Source of the DNA: Malacoraja senta
Lineage: Eukaryota
DNA: 64,000 nucleotides
Direction of reading: 5' to 3'
Assembly: GCA_038087875.1 (NCBI GenBank)
Contig: CM075990.1
Coordinates: 4,652,001 to 4,716,000, forward strand
Every line of letters begins with the position of its first letter. Positions within the stretch are counted from its first letter, which is position 1. The translations under genes and the position numbers were made by a program. Below the pieces are notes generated by a model. That model saw nothing but the letters and a program-made list of their open reading frames with translations, was not told where the DNA came from and searched no databases. Positions 1 through 11,718 of the stretch are shown here, piece by piece.

Positions 1-590
1 TGCATCCCATAACCGCTGACACCCGTATTAGTCACGGATCTATCAATCTCTGCATTAAAAATATCCATTGACTTGGTCTCCACAGCCGTCTGTGGCAAAT
101 AATTCCACAGATTCACCACCCGTTGACAAAATAAATTCCTCTTTCTAAAGGTACTTTTTGCTAAATTCATTCATTTCTCTCTCTTTACATTTGACATATT
201 AAGTATCCAACCCAGGAGGTAAAATCCCATGTTAACTATTGTAAAACCAGTGAAGAAGTCGTGTTGTAAACGTGTGGAGCTTTGGTGAGACCTGCACTAC
301 TGAGTGTAGTTTTGACCTCTTTAAAGAAGGTTATGCTTGTTCCAGAAGGGATTTGCAAGATTACTTCCTGGGCTGATGGGACTGAGTAGCATTAGCCTAT
401 ATTTTCTGAAGCACTGCAGAATGAGTGGTGATCTCATTTTTTAACCTGTATAATTCCTCATCGTTTTGAGGGTGAATGTTAAGAGACATTTTCAACTGGC
501 AAGCATATGGAAACTGCAGATGCTTGTTTACAAAAAAAGACACAAAGTGCTGGAGTAACTCAGCCAGTCAGGCAGCATCTCTGACGAACA

Positions 591-856
591 TGTGCGACAC
601 AGTGGCACAGTGGTAGAGTTGCCGCCTTACAGCGTCACAGACCCGGGTTTGATCCTGACTACGGGTGATGTCTGTACGGAATTTGTACGTTCTCCCTGTG
701 TCCGGTTTCCTCGCACACTCCAGAGACGTTAAGGCTTGTAGGTTAATCGGCTTCCGTAAATTGTCCCTAGGGTGTAGGATAGTGATGGTGTGATTGCCGG
801 TTGACATGGACTCAATGGGCCAAAGGGCCTGTTTCCCTAAAGTTTAAAGTCTAAAG
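591..856 (+). mobile_element. HE1/V-SINE-like SINE nested in a Penelope-derived repeat
   Basis: Same consensus as 32120-32420. Confidence 0.8.
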
Positions 857-1987
857 GATGGGTGACGTTTCCGATCTGGACCCTTCAGACTGATGCAAAT
901 AGGGGCATTTGTGAAACTTTGAGACTGAAACGTGGGCAAGCCAGCTTGAGAAGGCACTGTGCAGGGCTGCCACTACATGGCGGCGTCAACCTTGTAGTTA
1001 TGGAAACATTGAATTAAAGACATAAAATGAGATTAGATTAGATGCTTTTATTGTCGCATGTGACAAATCACAGTGAGATGCTTTGTTTTGCATACCATGG
1101 CATACAAAGAGGCCCCAGGTAAAGGGCGGCGACAAACTTATAAAGTACCCCCTTTTTTTCCCCCAATGGCTCCCCCACCCACCCACCACCACCACCACCA
1201 CCACTTAGTTCTCGGCACCCCCCCATGCCGGGAAACCCCTTTGTACAATGTGGCGGTGGAGGGGGGATGGGGAAGATAAAACACCCATGGTTTCAAAGGT
1301 CTGTTTATTGTCACGTGTACCAATTAAGGTTCAGTGAAATTCGAATGACCACGGTTGAAAGGCAGAGAAGACGATGGCCTAATTCTGCTCCTATAACTGA
1401 TGAACTTATTTTTTAATTTCAAAATAGACTTTATTCAAGTAATAAATATATACAATACGTGAACCGCGCGAAAAATGTCATCCGACATTTTCGGAGGCTA
1501 TACAAATTGTTCAATGCAGTTAATACATTTTTTCAAATTCCGTTAGATCAGCCAGCAGGAACTTCTTTAATCCACATTATCTCTAAATTCACTTGCATCC
1601 CCATTCACTTGCATCAGCGGTAGCTTCTTTATCGCCGCCAGTACAACCTGTTCTTTACCCAACCACTACTTTAGCACTGAAATCCTAAGGTCACACAAAG
1701 TCTGACCTGTTCCTCATTGTGGTTGCTTGATTTCTTTCCTAAGTGCCTCTTCTCTATCCTCTCTGCTATTTCAATACATGTTTCATATCTCACTATTGTC
1801 ATAAAGGCTATTACATTCTGCTGCTGCCGCATAGCAGCAACTGAGCATTCAATCTCCATTACATGGGAGCAAACCTGCTCTTTAGCATCCCCCACCTTCT
1901 TCCTGTTGCCTTTTACGGTGATGATCATCCCTTTGTTAAGAGAGTCAGGAGTGTTTTATTGTCATATGTCCCAGACAGAACAATGAA

Positions 1988-2010
1988 ACACACACACACA
2001 CACTCTCTCT

Positions 2011-2041
<31 letters not shown>

Positions 2042-2053
2042 GCTCACTCTCTC
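1988..2053. repeat. Compound microsatellite (CA)n-(CT)n-(CTCACT)n
   Basis: Directly visible. Confidence 0.9.
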
Positions 2054-2148
2054 ATATTGCGGAAAGATAAAAGCAACGGCTCCAAGTCGATGGTAGACAC
2101 AAAATGCTGGAGTAACACAGCGGGTGAGGCACCATCTCTGCAATCAGT

Positions 2149-2176
2149 CTGAAGAAGGGTCTCGACCCGAAACGTC
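2149..2176 (+). ncRNA. Hammerhead-ribozyme-like core in a Penelope-derived repeat (representative copy; others at ~13445, 18347, 27495, 28306, 29270 on +, and ~18052, 40729, 53452 on -)
   Basis: CUGAAGA-A-GGGU(CUCG)ACCC-GAAAC-GUC matches the minimal type I hammerhead layout known from Penelope-like elements; stem I is very short. Confidence 0.5.
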
Positions 2177-2705
2177 GCCCATTCCTTCTCTCCAGAGATG
2201 CTGCCTCACCCGCTGAGTTACTCCAGCATTTTTTCTACCTTCGATTTAAACCAGCATCGGCAGTTCTTTCTTACACACGGCCCCAAGTCTATGTGGTCCA
2301 GAGCTTATTTGGAGGTTGTAGTGTATAATAGTCTGATGGCTGTAGCGATGTTTTTAGCCAGTAGAGCTGCCGATTTCTATTATGGTCTCTCTTAGTCTCC
2401 ACCCTATCACAAACTTTACCTTTGTACTCTACACCCCTCCCTTTCCCCTGATTTGCATTCTATTTCTAACTTCCTAGTACTGGTGAAAGTCAGCGACCTG
2501 AACTGTTAACTCTGTTTCTCTCTTCACAGATGCTGCCTGACCTGCTGAGTGTTTCCAGCAATTTGCTAACTTTTAGAAAGATTGAAAACAAAAAAAGGAG
2601 CAAGGCCAAATGTCCTGGTGTGGTCATTAAGTTGACAGAGACCATGGGATATGAGCAATTGTTGACAAGATCAGCAGCCTGAAGGAAAAATGGGATAGAG
2701 GTGAC

Positions 2706-3178
2706 TTTAGACTTTAGAAATACAATGTGGAAACAGGCCCTTTGTCCCACCGAGTCCACGCCGACCAGCGATCACTCCATACACTAGCACTATCCTACAT
2801 ACAAGGAACAATTTACAATATTTACCAAAGCCAATTAACCTGTACACCTGAAGGTAGACAAAAATGCTGGAGAAACTCAGAGGGTGAGGCAGCATCTATT
2901 TCCTTCGCTCCATAGATGCTGCCTCACCCGCTGAGTTTCTCCCTGAGTTTCATTTTGTCTACCTTCGATTTTCCAGCATCTGCAGTTCCTACTTAAACAA
3001 TAACCTGTAAACCTGTACGTCTTTGGAGTGTGGGAGAAAACTGGAGCACCCGGAGAAAACCCATGCAGTCACAGGGAGAACGTACAAACTCTATACAGGC
3101 AGGACCCGTAGTCAGGATCGAACTTGAGTCTCTGGTGGTGTAAGGCAGCAACTCTACCGCAGCGCCACTGTGCCGCCC
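2706..3178 (-). mobile_element. HE1/V-SINE-like SINE interrupted by a Penelope-derived palindrome (~2850-3000)
   Basis: Reverse-complement SINE consensus resumes after the insertion. Confidence 0.8.
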
Positions 3179-3261
3179 TCTAGTGGGTGTGAACAAACTG
3201 CGTGAGTGTCATGATGGCAAACACTGGCTGAATTGCCAGGAGGTGTTGACCAGGTTGACTT

Positions 3262-3930
3262 TTTCTGTCGTATCCCCCTTCTCTGCCTCCGTCTGCGCTG
3301 AGGCCAAAATGGCGGAGCTGCCGGCCTCCAACTCCAACTGCGACCGACCAACCTCGAGGCTCCGGAGGCAGAGCCAGGACTTACCAGCGCGAGGCTGGCC
3401 AACTTCGGGGCTGCGGTGGCATTCCGGCGGTGGCGACCGAGGACACTGGTGGCGACCTGAATCCGGAGGCTCGGCCGCGGGCCCAGTGGACGACATCGTC
3501 GGGAGCTCGCAGGTCACAGGTTGGTGACCTGTTTTTTCCGGAGCTCCCGCAACTACAGCAGCGTCCACGGGACTGGAGGGCGGCAGCTTCGGCCACCCCG
3601 GGCCGCGGAGTTTGAACCGGCCTGTCGCGGACGGAGCACGGATTCAGCCGCGGGACTGACTTACCATCACCCGGCGAGGCCACAACATCAGAAGCCTGGA
3701 TCGCCTCAGCGCAGAGGGAGAACAAAAAGGGAAGAGACAGAGACTTTAAGACTTTTGCCTCCATCACAGTGAGGAGGTGCCTGGTGAACTCACTGTGGTG
3801 GATGTTAATTTGTGTTTATTGTGTGTTTTGTTATTTATTATATGTACGACTGCAGGCAACGAAATTTCGTTCAGACCGAAAGGTCTGAATGACAATAAAG
3901 GAATCTAAGTCTAAGTCTAAGTCTAAGTCT
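3262..3930 (+). mobile_element. GC-rich non-autonomous retroposon with LINE-type tail (TCTAAG)n
   Basis: Ends gaatgacaataaaggaa(tctaag)n; core cctccatcacagtgagga shared with 42385-42765 (-) and, more loosely, 61095-61712 (+). Confidence 0.65.
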
Positions 3931-4366
3931 GACCACCACAGTCGATGAAGTCTGTTGAAGACCATAGTCATTCATCGGATGGCCTTTGCAGACATAGTCA
4001 CCAGTGGTGCAAAGCCATTTCAACATTTACAGCTCATCTCATGTTCTACAACAGGAAATTACGAAAGTAAAGATCCTTATTGCAGTCAACAGGTACTGTA
4101 CGCCAACGCATGGATGGTTTGCGTATTAGCCACATCATTGTTTTACCCTTTAATCAACTAAGTTTCCCATCCTGCCTTAAAGTAACACATCTCTCCTTAC
4201 CACACCACATCCAAGAGAGAAAGTTAGGAATAGTTTAGTATAGTTTGGAGATACAGTGTGGAAACAAGCCCTTCGGCCCAACGAGTCCACGATGACCATT
4301 GATCACCCGTACACTAGTTCTATGCTATCCCACTTTCGCATTCTGCACACTTGGGGCAATTTACAG

Positions 4367-4771
4367 CAAAGATACTATAGCAAGCAAGATAGATCACTCG
4401 ACGAAAAGGACGTAGTACGGTCATGGGCAGATTCATGGGTAATTTTCGGCCCCATTTCCGTAACCAGCTTCCGTCTCCGCACCAAAGATCCCATAGCGGA
4501 GCAAAGATAACTAGTGCGGAGACGGAAGCCGGTTACGGAAACATCCTCGTAAAAATAAAAGTTCTTTGGTAAAAATCTTCTCCTCATTTTCAGAATTATA
4601 ATTTATTAACACAAACTGTTCCCCCGCAACGTTGATTACACTGCGAGTCGGGTCGGGTCGGGTTACTGAAATGGATGAAAAAAAGGCCCACGTTCCGCTC
4701 CGTTGCGTACTACACGTCAGCCCATTGCATTTAGAAGGAGTGGTCTATCTTGCTCCGCTATAGGATCTTTG
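4367..4771. mobile_element. hAT-type MITE (405 bp) inserted in a SINE
   Basis: TIRs caaagatactatagc..aagatagatcactc / gagtggtctatcttg..ctataggatctttg; 8-bp TSD ATTTACAG (4359-4366, 4772-4779). Confidence 0.85.
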
Positions 4772-5919
4772 ATTTACAGAAACCCGACAAACCTGTAGGT
4801 CCTGGGAATGTCAGAGGGAACGGGACGCCCAGAGAAATCCCATGCAGTCACGCGGAGAAAGTACAAACTCTGCACAGACAGCATCCGTACAGTTCTGGCA
4901 ACCCGATTATAGTAAGAACATAGGGCTTTGGAGAGGATGCAGGAGAGGATAACCAGAAGGCTGCCTGGGTTAGAGGGCATTAGCTATAAGGGGAGGTTGG
5001 ACAAAGTTGGATTGTTTTCTCTGGATTGAGGGGAGACCTAATAGATTATATAAAATTGTGAGAGGCATAGATAGAGTTGACAATCAGAACCTTTATCCAA
5101 GGAAGGAAATGTCAAAGACTAAAGGGCATAGATTTAAGGTGAGAGGGGCGACATTTAAAGGCGCTGTGTGGGGCAGGTTATTTTACACAGAGGCTGGTGG
5201 GTGCCTGGAACTTGCTGCCTGGGAAGCAAATACAAAGTGGCGTTGAGGCTTTTAGATAGGCGCATGGATGTGCAAGGAATGGAGGGATATGCATCATACT
5301 GTATGCAGGCTGATGAGCTTAGTGTATCTTGACATCTTTGTGGACCGAAGTACTGTTCTGTGTAATAACGTTTGCTGCGAGGTGGTCACTTGTGCTTTGT
5401 GAAGGGATTGAGCACCCTCTAGAGGGATGGTGGTACCCTGCTTTTGATTCAATGCTGTACATTGATTTTTCTCTGGTACGTATGCGACCCATTTCCCTGA
5501 CATTGGTTCTCTAGAGGAAACATCCATTTTGTCTCCTTACACTTTAACAGCTCAATGTCATTAATGTGTGCAAAATTGTGTTTTATTTGCTTAAAAAACA
5601 CATTTGAATTCCACAGGCACTGCAGAGAAGGTGTATGAAGGTAACCGTTGCATATTGCAACTGTGCTAGCCTGATGTTTTACTGCCTGTATAAACCCATG
5701 ATGCTGATGCACACAAATCACATTTTGTACCCAATGAATGCTGATTAGATGATCACAGCCAGGGTGAATTCAATAGCAAACCATGACTCATCTTCACAAG
5801 GTTGGGCTCTATGAGATTCAAAGACTTATAACATGTACCGGTAATGTTGCATTCCTTTTTATTTAAAGGATTTATTCCCCCACCCATCCTTGAGCCAGAT
5901 GGGTTGGATGCCATTCCAT

Positions 5920-8900
5920 TCTTTTTTTTAATTCTTTTTTTTATTTTTATTTATTAGAAGTACATTACATTACAACCAATTACATTAGTACTCATCACGT
6001 ATATCTTATTACAATTAATGTACTCCGTCATTTTTTACACTAATAAAAAGGAAAGGTTGAGATTAAGAAAAAAGAGAAAGTGAAGGAAAATAGTGAAGGT
6101 GTAAAAACGCGACAACAGGAAAGAACAGAGACCCTGTAGAAAAGAAATTAAGAAGAAAGGATTAAGAGATAGACCCTAAAGAAGAAGAAAAAAGAGAGAG
6201 AGGAAAAAAGAGAAAAACAAATACTTTATTATAAGCATCACGCAAATGTGATATAGCAACTCTCCAGCTTTCATCCCCCTTTACCTGACCTCAGTTGTTT
6301 TTTTAAGTACTTTTGCACCCTATACTTGTAATAATTCTATAAATGCAGACCACGTCAGGTGGAAGTGATCTGGTTTACCTGCCAGGAAGAGTCTTATCTC
6401 TTCTAGGTGTAATGTTTCAAACATATTTGAAATACGCATGTTTATAGTTGGTATTGGAGCGTTTTTCCAGAATTTTAGGATTAACTTTTTTCCAGTTATT
6501 AACCTGTAATCTATTAATTTCTTTTGAAACACATTTAGTTCAGGGCTATCTTCCGTTGTTCCGAAGATAATCCATTCTGCTTTTGGTGTCAGTTTTATTT
6601 TAAATAATTTTGTAAAGATTTCAAAAATTTCAATCCAAAATTTTTGAATTTTTGTACAAAAAACAAATGAGTGCGCTATAGTAGCTTCTTGAGATTGACA
6701 TTTATCACAAATGGATGATACATTGGGGAAAATTTTATTAATTTTAGTTTTTGAATAATATAATCTATGTAAAATTTTAAATTGTATTAAAGTGTGTCTT
6801 ACATTAATCGAACATTTATGCACGTTTAATAAATGTTCATTACACCTTTCCTTTGAGATTTTAATAGCTAATTCTTGTTCCCAGTCTCTTCTAATACCTT
6901 CCGTAGATGGTATTTCTACATTTAAGATAATATTATACAAATATGATATTAAGTTTGATGATTCAGCTTTTATCTGCATTGCTTCATCCAATACATCTGC
7001 TGGGAAATTATAATGATCTTTTGTATATTTTTTCAAATAGTCACATATTTGAAAATATTTAAAATATTGATTATTTCCCAGTTTATATTTTATTTGTAAT
7101 TGTTGGAATGATAGTAATTTTCCAGTTTCATACAAGTCACCGAACGTTTTAATTCCTAGTCTATCCCATTGTATAAAAGATTTGTCTGTAATAGAGGGAT
7201 TAAACGAAGGGTTATTAACTATTGGAGATAAAAGCGATAGATTTCTTAATTTTAAATTTTGTTTTATTTGTTTCCAAGTTCTGATTGTACTATGTATAAT
7301 TAGGTTTTTGTTATAATTTATGTTATTCAGTTTCATTGGTGAGAGGAGGATCGCTCCAATATTACCAGAGGAGCAGTCCTCTCTCTCCATTACAATCCAG
7401 TCCACTTGCTGGGCAGAGTTGTCCATCAGTTGGATCATATTTTTAATATTTACTGACCAATAATAATACATGAAGTTAGGGAGTGCTAAGCCCCCTAATA
7501 CTTTAGCTTTATTCAAGTGTGTTCTTTGTATTCTATGGGATTTATTATCCCATATAAAATTAGTAATGTCTGAGTCCAATTTTTTTTTAAACTTCTTTGG
7601 TAGATATATAGGAATCGATTGAAATAGGTATAAAATTTGTGGTAATAAGATCATTTTTATTGCATTTATTCAACCTATTAAAGACATCGGAAGCGTTTTC
7701 CAAAATTTAATTAATGTTTTTAATTTATTAAGTAGAGGATCATAATTTGCTTTTAACATGCCTTGATATGTTCTGGTGATTTCAATACCCAAGTATTTAA
7801 ATTTTTCTGTAGCTATTTTAAAAGTGAATTTTAAAAGATGTGTTGAGTCTTTCGGTTTTATTGACATAATTTCACTTTTATTCCAATTTATTCTGTATCC
7901 AGAAAAGGATTCAAAGTCCTCAATTAGATTTAGTATGTTTGGTATAGTAATTTGAGGTTTTGTAATGTACAATAATATATCATCCGCGTATAAAGATATT
8001 TTATTATTTGAGTATTTAGTATTATACCCATGGATATCTGGATGTGTTCTAATTTTTTCTGCTAAAGGTTCAATTATGAGAGCAAACAACTGTGGTGATA
8101 ATGAGCATCCTTGTCTGTTTCCCCTTGATAGTTGAAATTTCGAGGATAATATGTTATTAGTTAATATTCTAGCTGTAGGCTTATTATATAATAATTTAAT
8201 CCATAAAATAAAATTCCCTCCCAGTTGGAATTTTTGTAATACTTTATCCATATAATTCCATTCTACTTGGTCAAATGCTTTTTCAGCGTCCAGCGAGATA
8301 ATTGATAATTCTTGTTCTTCAATTTTGTGTGAGTGCATTATATTGAGTAGACGTCTGATATTATTAGATGAATATCTCTTAGGGATAAACCCTGTCTGAT
8401 CTGGGTTTATTAATTTACTAATATATTTACTTAATCTTCTAGCTAATGTTTTCGCTAATATTTTTTAATCTGTATTTAACAATGCTATAGCTCTATATCA
8501 ACCGGGTTCTTCTATATCTTTGTCTTTTTTAAGTATTAGTGTAATCGTTGATTCAGCTAATGTATCAGGTAATATTTGTTTTTTAAAAGCATATTGATAC
8601 ATTTTTTGTAACCGTGGTATAATTTTCTCATAAAAGCTTTTATAAAATTCATTAGTAAATCCATCAGGACCTGGAGTTTTTCCATTCTTTAATGAGTTTA
8701 TTGTGTCTTCTAATTCCTTGATTGAAATTTGTGCACCCAATTCCTCTTGTTCCTTCAACTCTAATTTTGGAAGATTACAATTATCCAAGAACTCTGTCAT
8801 TTTATTGGAGTCCGTTGTCGTTTTGGATGTGTACAAATTCTCATAAAATTGCGCAAATCTTTTATTAATATCCTTCGGTATTGTTAGTAATTCCCCTCTA

Positions 8901-9968
8901 TCTGATTTAATCTTTTGGATCGTATGTTCTTTTTCTCGTTTTTTTAGCTGACGAGCCAAAAGTTTATGCGGTTTATCCCCAAATTCAAAGTGTTCCTGTT
9001 TTGTAATTTGGAAAAGTCTTATAAGTTTGGCTGATAATAGTTTATTTAATTTAAATTTCAAAATTATTATTTTATTATGTTTATCCATTGATGGATCTTT
9101 AGCATTATCTATATCCATTTGTCTAATAAGTTCTTCTAACTGTCTTTGTTCATTCTTATTCTTTTTATTTTGAAAAGCTTGGTATGAGATTATAACACCT
9201 CTAATAAATGCTTTAAAAGATTCCCATAGTAAAGTAGGCGATATATCTGGAGTGTCATTTATTTCAAAAAAGACGTCCATTTGTTCTTTTAAATATATAC
9301 TCGCTTGCGGATCTTTTAGGATTTGAGAATTAAATCTCCAAAACGATTTATTCTTAGACATTCCTTCCAGTTTTAAAAATAAAATTAGTGGTGAATGGTC
9401 TGAAATCGAATTTGTATGGTATGCTGGGTTCACAGTGTGAGGGATTAATTTTGTATCCACCAGGAAATCTATACGTGAGTATGTTTTGTGTACCATTGAA
9501 TAAAACGAGTATTCCCTGCCAGTCGGATTAGCAATTCTCCAAACATCTGTTATATTGGTATTATTTATATGTATTTAAAAGTTCACTAGTTTTAGATTTC
9601 GTATTCCCTCTCTGTTTTTGGCTTGATTTGTCTAAATACGGATCTAAAACACAGTTCAAGTCTCCTCCTATTATAACATTTTGGTAATTAAACTCTGCGA
9701 TTATGTTCAGAATTTTATTGAAAAAATGAGGATTGTCAAAGTTAGGCGCGTATATATTTACCAAGGTAATTGGAGTATCATGAATTTCTCCGGTAACTAT
9801 CAAATATCTCCCTTCAATGTCTGTTATGGTATTCTTTGCTTTGAATGGTATACCTTTTCTAATAATGATTGACGTACCTCTAGATTTCGAAGTATATGAA
9901 GAATGATATATTTGACCTATCCATTTCGCCCTCAACCTAGCTTGATCCTGGGATTTTAGATGAGTTTC
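5920..9968 (-). mobile_element. L1-clade LINE, 5'-truncated; near-complete ORF2 broken into four pieces, 3' UTR and A-rich tail
   Basis: Minus-strand ORFs 9561-9935 (APE endonuclease: NIYAPN, GGDLN), 8498-9496 (SRIDF, SDH, GPDGF), 7670-8338 (RT: LDAEKAFD, RQGC, YADD) and 6320-7654 (C-terminal CDKC..H..C); T-rich tail at ~5920-5955 on +. Confidence 0.93.
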
Positions 9969-10226
9969 ATTATTGATTAAAGTCTGTCACTGCACCTGGC
10001 AGAATGGTCGACATAAAACAGCATTGTGCCAAAGGCATCTAATCCTGTGACAAAACAAAATTATACTGATGCTTAAATGTCTTCCGTTTTTAGCTATATG
10101 CTCACTCTTATAATGTTTGTTGACTCCATACAGATTAATCTGATGAAAACGATGACATTCTGTTGAAGACAATATCACTTTGGAGATTGGTATCTCCTGG
10201 AAGGATTGAAGCATTTATCATTGCAA

Positions 10227-11718
10227 ATGAATAATAGGAAAAAAATCCACATTTTCCTTGGGGCACCCTCCATTTTGGCACAGCAGACATCATCATCACA
10301 CAAAGCAGTGACTGAAGGAAGGTGTAAGAAGTGGCTCCAGTGCCAGTTTTTATACGATGCAGGATCCCTCACTGATAAAATCCACATAGCTGAAGCCTCT
10401 GAGCAAAACAATGGCAGCCATTTTACTGCTTTGAAATTCGGAGAAGAAATTATAACAGCATCTCGGGAATGTGCAGCTGAGAGTTTTGATGCATCTGTGC
10501 CAGAGCAGAGACGGAGCGGTGAGTGTGAGAGGCTGTATGATGAAAACCTCGGTACTGGAGAGAAAGGGAAACAGAGAAAGTTGAGCAACAGAACCCTGCT
10601 GCACTCTGACGGAGGTCTTAAAACATATAGCGAACGTGCTGGGGAACCCAGCAGTGAACTTTGCATAGATGAAGGTTTCAAGGCACCTGCGTCTGACAGA
10701 AGTACACAAGACGGAGAAAATGAGACTGAATCTAGATACCCCAGTAGTACAACAGAGCAGTATGGAGATTTGAAAGAAGATGATCATGAATTACCACGTG
10801 AGGCATTAATGGAATATCTGCAGAGCAACTTTCCAACCAAAGGACAAGGATGTTGCTTCAAAGGCACAACAGTGAACCTAAGCTTATCAACAGACTCTGA
10901 ATTCCTCAGTGTGTTGGCAGCCAGTCAAGTTGCCATCCTCTCACAGAAATGTTCAGAAAATCAGTTTAACTTAGAGGCGAAACTGAAAACTAATTCTGAG
11001 ATGCCCTCTCATTTAATTTCATCCACCTTTAGTTCTATTAGACCTTCTGGATGTTGTGAGAGTGAGGTGGTGAGCAGACAAGATGATAGTTCAGGAAGGA
11101 CACCAGACTTGTTGAGCAACCAGCAAGTGTCCACCAATGAAGCTTTGGGTGGGAGTGCACCAGAAGGATCAGAGCTGCTCTTCAGTCCCGACATTGACTG
11201 GTCCAATGGTGAGGTTGAGGTTAATATTGAACCATACAGTGAAGGAATCCTTTGCTCTCAGGCTGTGAACTCTCCTAAGTGGTCTTTAAAAAATCCATTG
11301 GAGATCACCAAAGAGCCAGAGGAGTTAAATGAGGAAATCCAAACATCAAGTTTACATCAAGACCCACCATCACCCAAGAGAATGAAAACGATGGACTACG
11401 AGAGAACCTCTCATCTTGGTCACTATCTACAATCAGCAAGGTCACGATGGCCAACTCCCCGGCTTGGCTTCATTGAGACGGAGCAGCTTAATGGTTGCAC
11501 TGACAAGAACAGGAAGTACCACATTTTGGTCGCTGTTCTGTTCCGCTGCCTCCTGAAGGAGATCGACATCAAGTCGGGATCACTGACTGGGTGCAGAGTT
11601 CCCATAGCAACCATCGTGGTAACAGACCAATCAGCAGTAACTATGAAAGTGGTGCTATGGCGAGCTGCTGCATTCTGGGCACTGGCTACCTTCCCTGGTG
11701 ATGTCGTATTACTAACAG
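10227..11718 (+). CDS. SHLD2: SHLD2 coding exon 1 (REV7/SHLD3-binding N-terminus, long disordered region, start of first OB fold)
   Basis: ORF 10206..11798, first ATG at 10227. Ends ..PGDVVLLT-G|gtaaga (donor 11719, phase 1). Probable upstream acceptor ccatacag| near 10133 (tentative). Confidence 0.93.

Noticed and set aside
1073..1323. Poly-His/poly-Trp/poly-Val ORFs
   Set aside because: Produced by a (CAC)n microsatellite within repeat-derived DNA.
3183..3772. Cluster of GC-rich overlapping ORFs / CpG island that could be the SHLD2 promoter
   Set aside because: Lies in a retroposon with a gacaataaag(tctaag)n tail and shares a core with copies at ~42.5 kb and ~61.5 kb; the ORFs are GC artefacts.
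10206..10226. ORF-track start of the 530-aa ORF, and its tail past 11718
   Set aside because: 10206 is TTG; homology begins at ATG 10227 and ends at the donor at 11719, so the rest is intron read-through.
10175..11614. Antisense ORFs over SHLD2 exon 1 (and likewise over GPRIN2)
   Set aside because: Shadow frames with no recognisable motifs.
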